Origin: Oscillospiraceae bacterium
Lineage (GTDB): Bacteria > Bacillota > Clostridia > Oscillospirales > Ruminococcaceae
Direction of reading: 5' to 3'
Length of the DNA stretch: 64,000 bases
NCBI GenBank assembly: GCA_031260665.1
Contig: JAISLD010000007.1
Coordinates: 30,654 to 94,653, forward strand
The notes under the pieces were generated by a model that saw nothing but the letters and a program-made list of their open reading frames with translations, had not been told where the DNA came from and did no database searches. Position 1 is the stretch's first letter; each line of letters starts with the position of its first letter. This document shows positions 20,146 through 27,948 of the stretch, in pieces. The position numbers and the translations under genes are program-made.

Positions 20146-21897
20146 ATGCCTGAAGTAACTATTGACACACTCGAAGCCTATCGAGCCGCGCGAAAGCAAG
20201 GCCGCAAGTTCGCCGCCGAACGAAGAGGCAAGGAACGCGGCGGCTTTCTCCCTGTGCTTGAAGTCAGCCGACTTTACACCCTCGGTGAGGTAAAACTCGG
20301 CACCTACGAGATACCGCTCGGGAAAATCGCCGGCACCGCAACCGCGGGGAGAAGCGGCGCGTTCGCCGCGAATTTCTTGCCGCTCCTCCCCGAAACCACG
20401 GAGTTCTCGCAAAAGTGGCAAGCTGTATACCGATACAGCGCGGAGTCGGGGATAAACGACCCCGTTAAAGTCGTTGAATACCTCGGTTATTATTACGCGG
20501 TTGAGGGGAACAAACGTATCAGCGTGTCGGTGTTCAACGACGCTTACTCCGTCCCCGCTGAAGTCACACGCCTGCTCCCCGCAAAAGAGGAGGGCAACAC
20601 CGAAGTCGAGGTGTTCTTTGAGTTGCTTCAAGGCGACAACCGACGACCTATCGGGCACATGTGGTTCAGCAAAGAGGGACGTTACAGCGAGCTGCTTCAT
20701 TTGTCGGGCAAAGACGACAACGACAAGGCTATCGCTTATGTGAACGAGCAGTTCACCTCGTTTCGCAAGGCGTATCACTCCTGCGGCTTTGCTTCGCTTG
20801 GGATAACAACGGGCGACGCGTTCTTCGCTTACGTCACGGTTTACGGTTTCCCCGAAGATATGACCGCGAAAGACCTTGAGCAACAGGTCAAGACCTGCCG
20901 CCCCCGCTTCGAGTCGGCAGTCGCCCCCCCGCCCAAAACCGTGACGGACGACCCAAGCCGATTGATAACCAAGTCGTCGTTCTTCGACATATTCAACCGC
21001 ATACCGCACATTCTTTTCATCTACTGCGATATGGAAAAGCACAGGTGGTGGACCAACGGTCACAGGCGCGCCGAGTTGATTCTTCGTGAACGTGACAACG
21101 ACGTGGAAGTGCGTTCGCTGATACTGACAGGCGAGATGTCGGAACAAACCGAAACAGCGACAGCCTACGTCAAAACGGAGAAGCCCGATATCGTCTTTGT
21201 AACCGACCAAAAGCACAGCGCACTCGCAATGCGACTTGCAATGGACAACCCGAAAATCAGCGTGTTCCACTGCACACCCGAAACAAACAGCTCCCTCGTC
21301 CCGACTTATTACGGCAAGTCGGAGGACGCGGCGTTCCTTTGCGGACTTGTGGCAGGCGCGGTGACTCGGACCAACACGGTGGGATACTTAAACGGGCAGT
21401 TCTATCGCGGAATGTTGATGCGTGACCCCGAAGCGTTCGCACAAGGCGTCAAGACCGTGCGCCCCTCGGCTCGCGTCTGCTGGCTTGAGCCAAACAAGGG
21501 CGAGTACAACAAAGACGGCGTGCCAAAAGGGCTTGCCTCGCTTGCCGAAAAGCAATGCGATGTTGTGTTCACGCCTGTGTATGACGATGACTCGCGTGTT
21601 TACTGCGAGCTTCTCGCGATAGCGCCCGACGGCAGCTTAATCAACCGCTATGTCACCGCGACTTACGACTGGTGCGTGTTCTACACGCGGCTTCTCGGCG
21701 CTGTGGGCAAGGCCGACCTGCACAAAGTCGGTTCAACCTATCACTTCCGAATGGGCGTGGCTTCCGAACTGATAACGGTTCGCCCCGTCAATTTGGCGGA
21801 GGGAACGTCGCGGCTTCTCGCTAACTACAAGTACTTACTTGGTTCCGGCACAGTCGAGCCGCTTGACGAGAACTTCAACGCCGAAATCATCTGGTAG
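20146..21897 (+). CDS. cytoplasmic fusion protein: ParB/sulfiredoxin-like N-terminal domain plus a BMP/PnrA-like periplasmic-binding-fold domain
   Basis: N-terminal DPVKVVEYLGYYYAVEGNKRISV resembles the ParB/Srx core. The C-terminal half has the BMP-family block AAFLCGLVAGAVTRTNTVGYLNG. No signal peptide or lipobox. Start taken at MPEVTI. Confidence 0.5.
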   Translation: MPEVTIDTLEAYRAARKQGRKFAAERRGKERGGFLPVLEVSRLYTLGEVKLGTYEIPLGKIAGTATAGRSGAFAANFLPLLPETTEFSQKWQAVYRYSAESGINDPVKVVEYLGYYYAVEGNKRISVSVFNDAYSVPAEVTRLLPAKEEGNTEVEVFFELLQGDNRRPIGHMWFSKEGRYSELLHLSGKDDNDKAIAYVNEQFTSFRKAYHSCGFASLGITTGDAFFAYVTVYGFPEDMTAKDLEQQVKTCRPRFESAVAPPPKTVTDDPSRLITKSSFFDIFNRIPHILFIYCDMEKHRWWTNGHRRAELILRERDNDVEVRSLILTGEMSEQTETATAYVKTEKPDIVFVTDQKHSALAMRLAMDNPKISVFHCTPETNSSLVPTYYGKSEDAAFLCGLVAGAVTRTNTVGYLNGQFYRGMLMRDPEAFAQGVKTVRPSARVCWLEPNKGEYNKDGVPKGLASLAEKQCDVVFTPVYDDDSRVYCELLAIAPDGSLINRYVTATYDWCVFYTRLLGAVGKADLHKVGSTYHFRMGVASELITVRPVNLAEGTSRLLANYKYLLGSGTVEPLDENFNAEIIW

Positions 21898-21927
21898 CCC
21901 CGTGCCGGGGCGGACAATAAGCTAATG
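21898..21927 (+). repeat. hairpin-TGC-GGACAATAAGCTAATG motif copy (module 1)
   Basis: CCCCG-TGC-CGGGG followed by CGGACAATAAGCTAATG. It starts 1 nt after the stop codon TAG (21895-21897). Confidence 0.85.
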
Positions 21928-21936
21928 TGACACACA

Positions 21937-22230
21937 TTTTGGCTTTTTAATTCGCAGAGATTCCACTCCTGCGGAGCGGCAAGGGCTATTGCCTCTCGGA
22001 CACCGAACGCTCCCCGTTGTGGGGAGCGTTTTGGTTTTTTAATTCGCAGAGATTTCACTCCTGAGGGAGCGGCAAGGGCTATTGCCCCTCGGGCACCGAA
22101 CGCTCCCCGTTGTGGGGAGCGTTTTGGCTTTTTAATTTGCAGAGATTTCACTCCTGAGGGAGCGGCAAGGGCTATTGCCCCTCGGACACCGAACGCTCCC
22201 CGTTGTGGGGAGCGTTTTGGCTTTTATTTA
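21937..22230. repeat. tandem array, 3.2 copies of a 92-93-bp unit, each with an intrinsic terminator hairpin
   Basis: Units at 21937-22028, 22029-22121 and 22122-22214, plus a 16-bp partial copy. Each unit has CGCTCCCC-GTTGT-GGGGAGCG followed by TTTTGGCTTTTT, and the reverse complement of repeat module 3B (GGCAATAGCCCTTGCCGCTCCC..CAGGAGTGAAATCTCTGCGAATTAAAAA). Confidence 0.9.
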
Positions 22231-25149
22231 ACTGTTCAATGCGATGATAAGCGCGGCATTAAGTGCCGAGAGTTTGACCGACAACGTGCGTTCGTTGACC
22301 ACGATTGCTTCGTTTATCTCGGTTCTCTCGGTGAAGCTGAGTTTAAGCGGCAACTCGTTCTCGCTCTTAAGTCCGTTTGCTTTTACTTGCTCAAGCCACA
22401 CAAACGGGTCTTTGCCGCCGATTGTCAGCCCTATCGGATACCACGCCGCTGTTTCCTCGGCGATTGTTTGGCACATATAGAGGGCAATGCTGAAGCTCCG
22501 TTCTTTGTTGCCAAACGGCAACAACACGTCAAAGCCGCTGATTGTGAAGTGCTGAACAGAGCCGAGTTTCGCTCCACTGACAGGGCAGGTTGTGCCGTAA
22601 CCGGGATAGCGAGAGTCACTCGCTGTCGCAAACGCGTAAACCGCAGCCATCGCGTCGTCGCCGTCGTACAAGCGAACCGCCGTTTTACTAAGCTCGGTGA
22701 GCTTATCTGCCGGAACTGTCGTAAAAACAGGCTGCTTGGGCACGCCGTGGTTCAGTCCCTTTGCCGCGAACACAGTCTTTGACACCGCACCGTTCTTCTC
22801 GCCAAATGCCACAAGCTCTAACATTCCGCAGAACCCACGCTTCGTGTGTTCGTTCGTGAGGAGAACCAGCGTTTCGCAGGTTGGGATTTGCTGTGCGTCG
22901 CCGTTCACGATTTCGATTACCTTGCCGTCAGCGTCAAGCAGCGCGTACTTCTCGAAGCCGAAGTCAGCGAACGCGGTCTTTTCGATGACAGACGCGGGAT
23001 TCGTGATAACTCCCCCCAAGTCGCCGAGGTCAAACGTGTACGGGCACGCCTCAAGGTCAAGCCCAAGTTCACGCCCCTTGAACATACTGAACGCGTTTGC
23101 TCGGTTTTTCTCGGGGAGAATCTCCCAGACGATGTTGCAAGGGATATCGTCTGACAACGGAATCGGTATACCGAAAATGTTGAACGCTTTTCTTCTCTCG
23201 TCATAGTCGGCGGCAACACCTTGTTCACGCACATCGGAAATAAACTTTGTGAAAGTTTTTCCTCTCGCAAACTCTTTGGTCATACGGGCGACGGAGTTGT
23301 AGAACGCGTCGTCCCCCGTGAACCGCGCCTGTCTGTCACGAAGCGAGTCGGTCGCGGCTTTGAGGCTGTTAATCGCGATACCCGTGACGTCAATCATCTC
23401 GGTTTCACCGCCGCCCGTGAGGTAGAAGCGAAGGAGCTGATAGTCAATCTCGTATTTGTCCGTGTAGAGTTTGTCATACAACGTGAGGATTGTTTCAAGC
23501 GAAGTTTCGTCGGGGACTTTCGCGTTCTTGACAAAGCGAGAGGTAAGCCGCGTTGACATTTTGCGGAAACCGTTGTATAGCTCAAAATCCTCGTCGCCTG
23601 TTGACTCGCTGGTCACACGCCAGACGTGGCCGCCGTGACGGAACTCATAGAGGAAAACACGTTTGCTGACAATAAAGTCGTCATAAGAATACGAAACGTA
23701 AAAGCTGCTCTGCGTGATATCGGGCAGACGCGCTTTCAGCTTCTCGAGGGCACGGTCGATGTATTCTTTCTGTGCCTCACCGCTCTCGTGTTCGTCGTAA
23801 GATATCTTGCCCTCGTCTTTAAGGCAGGCGTCAACACGGATTTCAGCGTAAGGCACGGGCTTGGTGTCGGGGAACTTTAAGGTGAGATACGACATAAACG
23901 CGTCACACGGAGAGCCTTTCCACGGCGAACCGAACACTGCCTTGTGGATATAGCTGAACGCCTCAAACTCAGGTTCAAAACGAAGCCCGCCATCGGGGCT
24001 GTTCGCTTCAACGATGTTGAGGATTAAAAGCCACTTGTTCGCCTTGATAAACTCGGTCATTATGACACGGATTTGGTCCGCCGCCGCTTTCTCTTGCCCT
24101 TGTCGGATACCCGCGCGGCATACGTTGATGAAGCGTGTCGGCAAGCTGACCCACGCGGGCACTTTGCCTTCGTCGTCGCCACGAGTGATAAGCCCTGTCA
24201 GTTCGTATGTAGCGAACAGGTTGTTCTTTGCGCTCACCACGCCCTCGGCGGCTTTGTCGATAATGCGGTAGGGGAATATAACAGACATTCCGTCTTTTTC
24301 GTGGGAAATAAAGTCGGCTACAGGCTCGCGGTTCTTGAAGAACCTGATGAACGTGTGGTCGTCCTCAACGTGGTTCGCCACTGTATACACCATGTTCAGT
24401 TCTTCACCTGTGACAATGGCTATGTTGAGGGTGCGGCCTTTTATCTCCTCGGTCTGCGCTTTATCGTCGGGGATTTTCTTTTTGAGAAAAGCGAACACAA
24501 CCTCGGGCATATTGAGGAAGTCGCCTTTTTTGCTGTCCATTGTGAGGAAGTTGTCGTGTATGCGGGCATAGACTTCGGGCGGCACTTGGAACGTGACTTC
24601 GGTGCCGAGGAAGAGCGGGCGGTCAACCGAGATATCGGTGACCTCGAGCATTCCGTCCCGGTTCTTGATGTTGAAGCGGAATATGTTTGAACGCATTGTC
24701 AGTTCCTGCACGTTCATAAACACGGACTTTGCACCGACGCCGAAGTGACCCTCGCGGTTCGGGTTGTCGGACACGTTGCGCCCGAAACTCATATAATAGA
24801 TAAACTGCTCAAGCGAGAAGCCCCGTTCGTTGTAAGCGAACGAAATATATCCGTTGTCTTTGAACGTAACGGCAAGCTTATAGTCGCTTTCCGCATACTG
24901 GCAGTCGAAAGCGTTTTGGAAAAGCTCACGAACTACGGATTCTATGGGGTAGTCTTCTACGTTTATCATTGTGTTGTAAAACGAGCGCCCCGAATATATC
25001 TCAGCGAAGTATCCGGCGAATGATTCGCGCACGTCTTTGCTTCGTTCAAGGTTAACCTCAAGCTCTTTTAGAGTTGAAGCCATTCTTTCACGGTTGTTCT
25101 GCGCGTTTGACTCGAAGAAATCTCCAAGTAACTTTTGCACGGTAGCCAT
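22228..25149 (-). CDS. GHKL-superfamily ATPase (sacsin/MORC/HATPase_c_3-like N-terminal domain) with a ~750-aa uncharacterised C-terminal region
   Basis: N-box VVRELFQNAFD (ExxxNxxD), DNGYISF..NERGF, and G2-box GHFGVGAKSVFM. No TM segment or signal peptide. It has its own perfect promoter and SD AAAGGAAA. Confidence 0.6.
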   Translation of the reverse strand: MATVQKLLGDFFESNAQNNRERMASTLKELEVNLERSKDVRESFAGYFAEIYSGRSFYNTMINVEDYPIESVVRELFQNAFDCQYAESDYKLAVTFKDNGYISFAYNERGFSLEQFIYYMSFGRNVSDNPNREGHFGVGAKSVFMNVQELTMRSNIFRFNIKNRDGMLEVTDISVDRPLFLGTEVTFQVPPEVYARIHDNFLTMDSKKGDFLNMPEVVFAFLKKKIPDDKAQTEEIKGRTLNIAIVTGEELNMVYTVANHVEDDHTFIRFFKNREPVADFISHEKDGMSVIFPYRIIDKAAEGVVSAKNNLFATYELTGLITRGDDEGKVPAWVSLPTRFINVCRAGIRQGQEKAAADQIRVIMTEFIKANKWLLILNIVEANSPDGGLRFEPEFEAFSYIHKAVFGSPWKGSPCDAFMSYLTLKFPDTKPVPYAEIRVDACLKDEGKISYDEHESGEAQKEYIDRALEKLKARLPDITQSSFYVSYSYDDFIVSKRVFLYEFRHGGHVWRVTSESTGDEDFELYNGFRKMSTRLTSRFVKNAKVPDETSLETILTLYDKLYTDKYEIDYQLLRFYLTGGGETEMIDVTGIAINSLKAATDSLRDRQARFTGDDAFYNSVARMTKEFARGKTFTKFISDVREQGVAADYDERRKAFNIFGIPIPLSDDIPCNIVWEILPEKNRANAFSMFKGRELGLDLEACPYTFDLGDLGGVITNPASVIEKTAFADFGFEKYALLDADGKVIEIVNGDAQQIPTCETLVLLTNEHTKRGFCGMLELVAFGEKNGAVSKTVFAAKGLNHGVPKQPVFTTVPADKLTELSKTAVRLYDGDDAMAAVYAFATASDSRYPGYGTTCPVSGAKLGSVQHFTISGFDVLLPFGNKERSFSIALYMCQTIAEETAAWYPIGLTIGGKDPFVWLEQVKANGLKSENELPLKLSFTERTEINEAIVVNERTLSVKLSALNAALIIALNS

Positions 25150-25185
25150 AGATTCGTTTCCTTTCTGTCAACTGTATACTTTTTT

Positions 25186-25214
25186 ATTATAACAGATTGT
25201 TAAGTCCTTGTCAA
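25186..25214 (-). promoter_or_regulatory. sigma-A promoter of the GHKL gene, perfect TTGACA-17-TATAAT
   Basis: On the minus strand, TTGACA is at 25214-25209 and TATAAT at 25191-25186, with an exact 17-nt spacer. Confidence 0.7.
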
Positions 25215-25307
25215 CAGGATTTTATAAATTGTAGTAATAGTGTAACCCAAATAATTCGCAAAGCAAACTGTTTAATTCGCTTCGATTTAATAATTTTTGT
25301 TTTGCTC

Positions 25308-25336
25308 TTGACAAACAAAGCGAAACGTGGTATAAT
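25308..25336 (+). promoter_or_regulatory. sigma-A promoter of pyrE, perfect TTGACA-17-TATAAT with TGG
   Basis: TTGACA at 25308-25313 and TATAAT at 25331-25336, with a spacer ending in CGTGG. Confidence 0.7.
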
Positions 25337-25377
25337 CACTTCGTTGTGTCGCTACAATCCCGCAAAGGAGAACGTCC

Positions 25378-26034
25378 ATGGACAGCAAATCGGAGTTTAT
25401 AAAATTTCTGTCTGACAACGGCGTGCTTCGTTTCGGCGACTTCACGCTGAAAAGCGGGCGCAAATCGCCATACTTCCTCAATATGGGCAGCATTTGCGGC
25501 GGTGCGGCACTGGCGGAACTCGGCAGGCACTACGCCGAATGTGTGAAGCAAAACGATATCCGCTTTGACGTGCTGTTCGGACCCGCGTACAAGGGCATAC
25601 CCCTTGTTGTCACGGCTTCAGCGGCGTTGTCAAAAAGCGAAAACTACGCGAACATCACCTACTGTTTCGACCGCAAAGAAGAAAAAGACCACGGCGAGGG
25701 CGGCGGCTTTGTGGGCAAGAAACTTGTCGGCGGCGACCGCGTGCTTCTTGTTGACGACGTTATCACATCTGGCAAAGCAATCGGCGAGGTTCTGCCTAAG
25801 CTTCGTGCTGCGGCAGACGTCAGCATTGTGGGGCTTGTCATCGCGGTTGACCGTATGGAAAAGGCGCTTGACGGCGGTTTGTCGGCAACCGAGTTCGTGA
25901 AAAGCGAGTACGGCATCAACGTCTATTCGTGCGCGGACTTGAACGATGTGGTGTCGGCACTGAAGAACGACGTTATCCCCGGTAAAGAGTATCTCTCCGC
26001 TATGGAAGAATACAAAGCGAAATACGGCGCGTAA
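25378..26034 (+). CDS. pyrE: orotate phosphoribosyltransferase
   Basis: PRPP-binding loop VLLVDDVITSGKA and FGPAYKGIPL. 218 aa. Confidence 0.92.
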   Translation: MDSKSEFIKFLSDNGVLRFGDFTLKSGRKSPYFLNMGSICGGAALAELGRHYAECVKQNDIRFDVLFGPAYKGIPLVVTASAALSKSENYANITYCFDRKEEKDHGEGGGFVGKKLVGGDRVLLVDDVITSGKAIGEVLPKLRAAADVSIVGLVIAVDRMEKALDGGLSATEFVKSEYGINVYSCADLNDVVSALKNDVIPGKEYLSAMEEYKAKYGA

Positions 26035-26042
26035 TCCGTAAT

Positions 26043-26119
26043 CGAGGTGTGGCTCAGTTTGGTAGAGCGCTGCGTTCGGGACGCAGAGGCCGCAGGTTCA
26101 ACTCCTGTCACCTCGACCA
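26043..26119 (+). tRNA. tRNA-Pro (anticodon CGG), with encoded CCA
   Basis: I folded the cloverleaf by hand. Acceptor CGAGGTG/CACCTCG, D-arm GCTC..GAGC, anticodon stem CTGCG/CGCAG with loop TTCGGGA, T-arm with TTCAACT, and 3' ACCA. Confidence 0.88.
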
Positions 26120-26170
26120 CAATGTATGGCTTGTCTACATTTTTACTATACACAAAAGGAGGTGAAACAA

Positions 26171-26416
26171 TTGCCGAATATCAAGTCCGCAAAAAAGCGC
26201 GTACTTGTCTCCGCCGCACGCAATGAGCGTAACAAGGCGAACCGCACCCTCCTCAAGACTCTCATAAAGAGAGCGCGTGCAGAGGGAGCAACCGCTGACG
26301 ACACCAAAACCGTGTCAATCAAGCTCGACAAAGCGGCAGGCAAGGGGCTGATTCATAAAAACAAGGCAGCAAGACTGAAAAGCCGTCTTGCAAAAGCACA
26401 AAAAGCCTCGGCTTGA
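26171..26416 (+). CDS. rpsT: 30S ribosomal protein S20
   Basis: TTG start preceded by AAAGGAGGTG. N-terminus PNIKSAKKRV...RNERNKA is the S20 signature. Confidence 0.92.
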   Translation: MPNIKSAKKRVLVSAARNERNKANRTLLKTLIKRARAEGATADDTKTVSIKLDKAAGKGLIHKNKAARLKSRLAKAQKASA

Positions 26417-26422
26417 CCAAAG

Positions 26423-26449
26423 GCCCCCACCTCGGGGGCTTTTGCTTTT
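26423..26449 (+). terminator. intrinsic terminator after rpsT
   Basis: Stem GCCCCC/GGGGGC with a 5-nt loop, followed by TTTTGCTTTT. Confidence 0.8.
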
Positions 26450-26474
26450 CCACAAAACGGATTGCAAACTACTG

Positions 26475-26503
26475 TTGCATTTTGGTGACACTTATGGTAT
26501 AAT
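26475..26503 (+). promoter_or_regulatory. sigma-A type promoter, TTGCAT-17-TATAAT with TGG
   Basis: TTGCAT at 26475-26480 and TATAAT at 26498-26503. This gives a ~240-nt leader, containing a repeat element, before the cheC-like gene. Confidence 0.6.
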
Positions 26504-26571
26504 AATTATTACTTGTTACTGTAGTTTGCGCCATCGCGTACCGCGTTGCGGTTTCATACAACGCCAACACC

Positions 26572-26722
26572 GGCAACTACAAAACTTAAATACGAACAAC
26601 GTGGCGTATATGCCGAAAGTCATACCCCTCGGGGGCACAGGCGGGCGACCGGAAAGCCCTTGCCGCTCCCGCAGGTGCGGAAGTTTCGCTAATCAGCAAC
26701 TACAAAACTTAAATACGAACAA
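26572..26722 (+). repeat. 95-bp module 3 element flanked by a perfect 28-bp direct repeat
   Basis: GCAACTACAAAACTTAAATACGAACAAC occurs at 26572-26599 and again at 26695-26722. The segment between them carries TATGCCGAAAGTCATACCCCTCGGGGGCACAGGCGGGCGACCGGAAAGCCCTTGCCGCTCCCGCAGGTGCGG. Confidence 0.9.
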
Positions 26723-26744
26723 CTTACATATAAAGGATTAACCA

Positions 26745-27365
26745 ATGTCGTCACCTGAATTTGAAAAGCTGTTGCTCGACAACCTTGATATCCTCAAAGA
26801 AATCGGCAACATTGGTATGGGGCACACGTCCACCGCGCTTTCACAAATGCTAAGTATGAAAGTGACGATGACTATCCCCGAAGTCTATATCCTCGGTGAA
26901 ACCGAGGCGGCGAAGTTCGCCGAGGACGTGAGCCGTGAGAGCTTCGGCGTAACACTTGGGCTTCAAGGCGATGCCACGGGCAAGATTATCCTACTCCTCA
27001 GCAAGAAGTTTGCCGTCAAGGTTCTCAATTTCTTCTTCGGCTTTGGCCTTGAAACCGTTGACGAGCTGGACGAGATGTCGCTTTCTGTCATACAGGAAAT
27101 GGGGAACATCACGTCGGGTGCTTACTGCAACTCTATTGCCTCAATGACGGGACTTTTCATTGATATATCAACGCCGACACATTGCCCCGATATCCCTGCC
27201 GCTGTCGTCAACTCGGTCAAAGACAACGGCAAACTTATGCTGATTCGCAACAGCTTCTTTATCGACAACGAAGAAATAAACAGTAACTTCCTCTTTCTCC
27301 CCGACCGAGAAACCATAGCTATGATTCTGCAAAAGCTGAAAGAATACTACGGCTTTTCTTCGTGA
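26745..27365 (+). CDS. CheC-like chemotaxis phosphatase (CheC/CheX/FliY family)
   Basis: Two E-x2-N sites, LKEIGNIGMGHTSTALSQM and IQEMGNITSGAY. 206 aa. No other che or fla genes in the window. Confidence 0.72.
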   Translation: MSSPEFEKLLLDNLDILKEIGNIGMGHTSTALSQMLSMKVTMTIPEVYILGETEAAKFAEDVSRESFGVTLGLQGDATGKIILLLSKKFAVKVLNFFFGFGLETVDELDEMSLSVIQEMGNITSGAYCNSIASMTGLFIDISTPTHCPDIPAAVVNSVKDNGKLMLIRNSFFIDNEEINSNFLFLPDRETIAMILQKLKEYYGFSS

Positions 27366-27373
27366 TTCAACGT

Positions 27374-27510
27374 CAATGTCAACTACCGAAGGCCATATAC
27401 TCCTCGGGGCACAGGCGGGCGACCGAGAGGCGCAAACCTAACAGGCGACGCGTTATTGCCCGTCCGGCACAGACTGCTTCCGCAGAAGCGGAATCTCTGC
27501 GAATAAGAAC
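27374..27510 (+). repeat. module 3 intergenic element (A plus B parts)
   Basis: CCGAAGGCCATATACTCCTCGGGGCACAGGCGGGCGACCG ... TTATTGCCCGTCCGGCACAG..CTTCCGCAGAAGCGGAATCTCTGCGAATAAGAAC. Confidence 0.85.
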
Positions 27511-27566
27511 ATAAAATAGTTATAGTAGGTTAAATCAATCAACGATTAACAACAAAAAGGATAAAT

Positions 27567-27836
27567 ATGCGTGCGGTAATTACGGTTATCGGCAAAGACA
27601 CGGTGGGTATCCTCGCGAAAGTCACCGGTATCTGCGCCAAATACAACGTCAATGTGACAGATGTTTCACAAACTATTATGCAAGAACTGTTCGCGATGAA
27701 TATGCTCGCCGATATCGACGGGCTGACCGCGCCATACGGCGCGTTCGCTGACGAAATGGGCGCGTTGGGTGATGAATTGGGGCTGAAAGTCCACGTTATG
27801 CACGAGGATATCTTTAACTCTATGCACCGAATATAA
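27567..27836 (+). CDS. ACT domain protein (UPF0237 family)
   Basis: MRAVITVIGKDTVGILAKVT... is an ACT fold, 89 aa. It forms the canonical pair with the downstream UPF0210 gene. Confidence 0.8.
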   Translation: MRAVITVIGKDTVGILAKVTGICAKYNVNVTDVSQTIMQELFAMNMLADIDGLTAPYGAFADEMGALGDELGLKVHVMHEDIFNSMHRI

Positions 27837-27851
27837 GCACCGCGTTATAAT

Positions 27852-27920
27852 CAATGTCAACGACCGGAACATATAGCCGAAGGTCATACCCCTCGGGTCT
27901 GTGCCAAACGAGCAATAGGA
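27852..27920 (+). repeat. module 3A plus degenerate module 1 element, inside the ACT/UPF0210 gene pair
   Basis: CATATAGCCGAAGGTCATACCCCTCGGG followed by TCTGTGCCAAACGAGCAATAGG. Compare GTCTGTGCCGAACGCGCAATAAGC at 60117. Confidence 0.8.
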
Positions 27921-27948
27921 TTGACAGGATACGTTAATCAGAAAGAAT

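Noticed and set aside
20098-21270. 390-aa ORF antisense to the ParB/BMP-like gene. Similar long antisense ORFs occur at 33284-34111, 34378-35415, 3555-4349, 7281-7967, 17933-18664, 52329-53081, 55135-55896 and 50946-51626.
   Set aside because: Each lies entirely opposite a gene with strong family motifs (ahcY, atpA, atpD, ligA, the P-type ATPase and others). Their composition is Arg/Ser/His-rich and low in complexity, as expected of the reverse frame of a moderately GC-rich gene. None has an SD or promoter context.
21825-22151. 108-aa ORF on the minus strand with an internally repeated peptide (KSLQIKKPKRSPQRGAFG... twice).
   Set aside because: It is simply the 92-93-bp tandem DNA repeat, which contains terminator hairpins, read in one frame. 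There is no SD or start context, and it overlaps the 3' end of the 591-aa gene.
21937-22230. Possible CRISPR array, given the regularly spaced repeats.
   Set aside because: The units are directly abutting 92-93-bp tandem copies with no unique spacers. The repeat is much longer than CRISPR repeats and there are no cas genes in the window. The same applies to the 125-bp array at 59996-60246.
25923-26153. 76-aa ORF on the minus strand spanning the pyrE end and the region after it.
   Set aside because: It covers tRNA-Pro (26043-26119) on the opposite strand. The tRNA cloverleaf is unambiguous.
25150-26450. Genomic island integrated at tRNA-Pro that might have delivered the GHKL gene.
   Set aside because: pyrE lies between the GHKL gene and the tRNA, and rpsT follows the tRNA 3' end directly. 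I saw no integrase and no duplicated tRNA 3' segment.
26388-26741. 117-aa plus-strand ORF between rpsT and the cheC-like gene.
   Set aside because: It runs through the rpsT terminator, a promoter and a repeat element with a 28-bp duplication. Its start lies inside rpsT and it has no SD.
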